Shown here: positions 33,345 through 35,428 of the stretch, piece after piece
Layout: the number at the start of each line of letters is the position of its first letter
Numbering within the stretch: the first letter of the stretch is position 1
Virus record (IMG/VR): IMGVR_UViG_3300032270_000610
Location: 1-35,428 of that record
DNA length: 35,428 bases
Direction: 5' to 3' (one strand)
Source: a virus
Taxonomy: Duplodnaviria; Caudoviricetes
The notes under the pieces: model-generated
Databases searched by the model: none
What the model saw: only the letters and a program-made list of their open reading frames with translations
Told to the model about the DNA's origin: nothing
Made by a program: the position numbers and the translations under genes

Positions 33345-33659
33345 CTATCCAGTCCGGAGGGAATTTTTCTTCGTAGCTGTTGATGGCCCAGAGTCTAAAT
33401 TCTCTGACAGCGTTTCCATCTTGGCACCAACATTGAGGCGTGCTTGGCGCGCATTTTGGTATTTTCCCTTTTGTTTGTCCTGCGGGAGGTCAACTGACTG
33501 AGCGGACTCTTGAATACCTGATTGCATGATGTCTTGCTCAAGTAGGTGGCGCATGTGTCCTTGAAGGTTCCGGTGCTGTGACTTGGCGCGAGCTTTTGCA
33601 AGCTCTGCCAATTCTTTGGGAACTCGAACTGATACAAATTTGAAGTCTTCTTTTTCCAT
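33345..33659 (-). CDS. Arc/MetJ-type ribbon-helix-helix repressor (CI position)
   Basis: FVSVRVPKELAELAKARAKSQHRNLQGHMRHLL; the only credible minus-strand gene, divergent from the early operon. Confidence 0.8.
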   Translation of the reverse strand: MEKEDFKFVSVRVPKELAELAKARAKSQHRNLQGHMRHLLEQDIMQSGIQESAQSVDLPQDKQKGKYQNARQARLNVGAKMETLSENLDSGPSTATKKNSLRTG

Positions 33660-33850
33660 GTAAACAAACATTTCACCAGTGTGAACAAAAGCGCAACAAA
33701 TAATTTTTTTTGTGCGCAAAAAAATATATTTCGGCCCGCAGACCCGCATAGAATGGGCATGTCAAGAGAAATTTATGGGGTGAAGTCCCTACCTTTGTAA
33801 AATTTTTTCTTTCATTTTTTGTGCACAAATTTTACAGATTTGTGCACATG
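33657..33850. promoter_or_regulatory. Divergent switch region with five operator-like palindromes
   Basis: TGTAAACA 33659, TGTGAACA 33680, TGTGCGCA 33711, TGTGCACA 33820 and 33841 in an AT-rich region. Confidence 0.65.
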
Positions 33851-34018
33851 CAAACGGAAACAGAAGAAGCAATCGACACCCAGCACATCGGATTCCGTAT
33901 CCCGAACAGTCTGCGCGAAGCCGCTCAGGAACGGATGCAGGGGAAATACTCCACATTCAGCGAATACCTTCGCGACCTGCTTCGCCGGGATGTTGAGACC
34001 AAGGAGGCCGCGAAATGA
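33848..34018 (+). CDS. Ribbon-helix-helix protein (Cro position)
   Basis: HIGFRIPNSLREAAQERMQGKYSTFSEYLRDLLRRD. Confidence 0.8.
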   Translation: MQTETEEAIDTQHIGFRIPNSLREAAQERMQGKYSTFSEYLRDLLRRDVETKEAAK

Positions 34019-34203
34019 TCGACTCAACCGCAATGGCCACACGCCTCGGAGTGGCAAAATACACGGTCGAGGATTGGGCGCGGAAAAGCCGAATCCCCGC
34101 TTTCAAGATTGGACGGTGGTGGAGGTTTGACGAGGCCGAAGTCATGAAGGCGCTGAAGCTCTCCGGGAACGATCTCAGCCGCGCCATTGGGAGGGTGAAA
34201 TGA
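34015..34203 (+). CDS. xis: Excisionase-like HTH DNA-binding protein
   Basis: MATRLGVAKYTVEDWARKSRIPAFKIGRWWRFD. Confidence 0.75.
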   Translation: MIDSTAMATRLGVAKYTVEDWARKSRIPAFKIGRWWRFDEAEVMKALKLSGNDLSRAIGRVK

Positions 34204-34352
34204 AATACCCCCGCCTTTTTCTTTGCGAGGGCTACTGCCCCGTCTTTGGCCCGATTCGCTCGATGATCCAAGCCGCCGGATTCGGTGATGCGAAGACCAA
34301 GTTTTATCTCAAGCACCGTGTGAAGGCCACGCATGTCTGCCTCGAAAGATAA
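34200..34352 (+). CDS. Small early protein (50 aa; not in the ORF track)
   Basis: ATGA-coupled; MKYPRLFLCEGYCPVFGPIRSMIQAAGFGDAKTKFYLKHRVKATHVCLER. Confidence 0.6.
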   Translation: MKYPRLFLCEGYCPVFGPIRSMIQAAGFGDAKTKFYLKHRVKATHVCLER

Positions 34353-34355
34353 TTT

Positions 34356-34484
34356 ATGGAACAACACGAAGTCATAATCAGAAACATACAATTCGCGTGG
34401 GAGTTCATCCGCGCTGTCAGTCCAGCCGTTGTGCTGGGGGTCGCAACCTACTGGGTAACTACATGGGGGGAGCGGACACGATGA
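34356..34484 (+). CDS. Small membrane protein (42 aa; not in the ORF track)
   Basis: MEQHEVIIRNIQFAWEFIRAVSPAVVLGVATYWVTTWGERTR; its stop overlaps the next ATG. Confidence 0.55.
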   Translation: MEQHEVIIRNIQFAWEFIRAVSPAVVLGVATYWVTTWGERTR

Positions 34485-34621
34485 GAACTTATTTGTGCCG
34501 ATCAAAAACCCGCATTGAGCGAGTGCAAGCTAAAGACAAGTGGGCTGCTCGACATCAGTTTTTTTGCGAATTTGGACACGACCCAATTACGGTTGAAAGA
34601 GTGCGGAGGATCGCACGATGA
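34481..34621 (+). CDS. Small early protein (46 aa)
   Basis: ATGA-coupled at both ends. Confidence 0.6.
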   Translation: MRTYLCRSKTRIERVQAKDKWAARHQFFCEFGHDPITVERVRRIAR

Positions 34622-34965
34622 GCGCCTTCTATGTCATCGACACCGAGGCTGAAAAAGTCGGGATGAGGATCATTTTCGGTCCCTACGAGACCCGCGCAGG
34701 GGCAGAGGCATTCATTCGAAAAGATTTTGCGGACTGGTGGGAAAATTCAGACACGCCGTTAAAGGATCGGGATGCCGCATCGTCTGCAACCTATCAAATT
34801 CTGCAACTGGTCGCCGAAGTGCGTCCGGTTGGTAGCTCCTCGCTTAAGGTCAAACTGGTGGAGGAGGCTGAGTTAGTGGCTATGAACACGCCTGCTACGG
34901 AGGTTGCAACTTGTGGTGCGGAGGTCGAAGCAATGGCCGCAACGACACGGAAGGAGGCGAAATGA
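34618..34965 (+). CDS. Hypothetical early protein
   Basis: 115 aa with FGPYETRAGAEAF; coupled to neighbours. Confidence 0.7.
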   Translation: MSAFYVIDTEAEKVGMRIIFGPYETRAGAEAFIRKDFADWWENSDTPLKDRDAASSATYQILQLVAEVRPVGSSSLKVKLVEEAELVAMNTPATEVATCGAEVEAMAATTRKEAK

Positions 34966-35180
34966 CTTCCACCATCGAATGGATGGCGTCCACCGACGAG
35001 CTGCCGGATGCCGACGAGACGGTGATCCTCGCCCTCGAGGACGGGGATGTCACCACAGGATTTCTGGACGGGGAGACATGGCGGGACATTTCCGCCGACC
35101 GTCTGCCGGATGCGCCTCTTTTCTGGGCGCGGTTTCCTGAGCCTCCACAACCTCGCGCCAAGAAGGGGAAAAGAAAATGA
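34962..35180 (+). CDS. DUF551-like small protein
   Basis: W....ELPD...V......G.....W......(F)WA..PEPP pattern. Confidence 0.7.
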   Translation: MTSTIEWMASTDELPDADETVILALEDGDVTTGFLDGETWRDISADRLPDAPLFWARFPEPPQPRAKKGKRK

Positions 35181-35326
35181 GCGCGACTCTCGCCATTTCC
35201 ATCGCCGTGCTGACCCTCGGCTCGTGCCTCGCCTCTTACATGCTGGGCCGCGATTCGATGCGCCAGCAAATGAGGGACTTCCAAGAACGACGCAGGCGCT
35301 GGGAAGAGTTCGACGACGAGGACTAA
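35177..35326 (+). CDS. Small single-TM protein (49 aa; not in the ORF track)
   Basis: Hydrophobic N-terminus, charged C-terminus, ATGA coupling. Confidence 0.6.
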   Translation: MSATLAISIAVLTLGSCLASYMLGRDSMRQQMRDFQERRRRWEEFDDED

Positions 35327-35428
35327 CCAAATTTTCCACCCCAGAAAATTTCCCCGAGCGGCGCGGTGCGGCGGCGCGGCGAGGGCAAACACAACAACAG
35401 CCGCGATTTATTAGGCGAATAAAATGAA

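Larger units (their letters stand above)
1..35428 (+). mobile_element. Complete circular temperate phage genome (lambda-like head, P2-like contractile tail)
   Basis: Replication, packaging, head, lysis, tail, attP, integrase and repressor modules are all present. No host genes are visible, attP is intact, and the end-to-start junction restores an ORF. Confidence 0.93.

Noticed and set aside
35327-35423. Possible structured leader upstream of the primase (AAATTTTC/GAAAATTT and GC-rich GCGGCGCGG repeats)
   Set aside because: The pairings are short and ambiguous; I cannot support a specific structure.
1-35428. Numerous minus-strand and alternate-frame ORFs in the track (e.g. 18835-19842, 15353-16213, 7104-8015)
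   Set aside because: They are shadows of well-supported + strand genes in GC-rich DNA, with no recognisable motifs.

Overview
The window looks like a complete, circular 35,428-bp temperate myovirus genome. The last 5 nt join base 1 in frame and restore the primase start codon. Gene order on the + strand: P4-type primase/helicase and a probable origin; RusA-like and small middle genes including a Mor-like protein; a ParB-N gene and a Mu Mom-like DNA-modification gene; lambda-like packaging genes (terS, terL, gpW, portal); a 5-kb block of accessory fibre-like genes; a protease-capsid fusion; a lysis cassette; a P2-like contractile tail with a -1 frameshifted chaperone; a promoter-driven accessory cassette; attP (3' half of tRNA-Thr(CGT)); a tyrosine integrase; a membrane protein; and a switch built from two divergent ribbon-helix-helix repressors. 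A PVC/Verrucomicrobiota-like host is only a weak inference from repeat style. The top finding is a full 76-nt tRNA-Gly(TCC)-like cloverleaf (5743-5818) inside the 3' end of the mom gene. It keeps the GlyRS identity elements but has a distorted T-arm, so the phage may supply its own non-ribosomal glycyl donor for adenine hypermodification. Other notable items: a RusA fold apparently split across two overlapping frames, five copies of a late-promoter motif, a 33-bp palindrome family sharing its half-site, and a ~55-aa domain shared by two accessory proteins and the baseplate gpI. All product calls come from motif recognition and synteny; no database searches were run.
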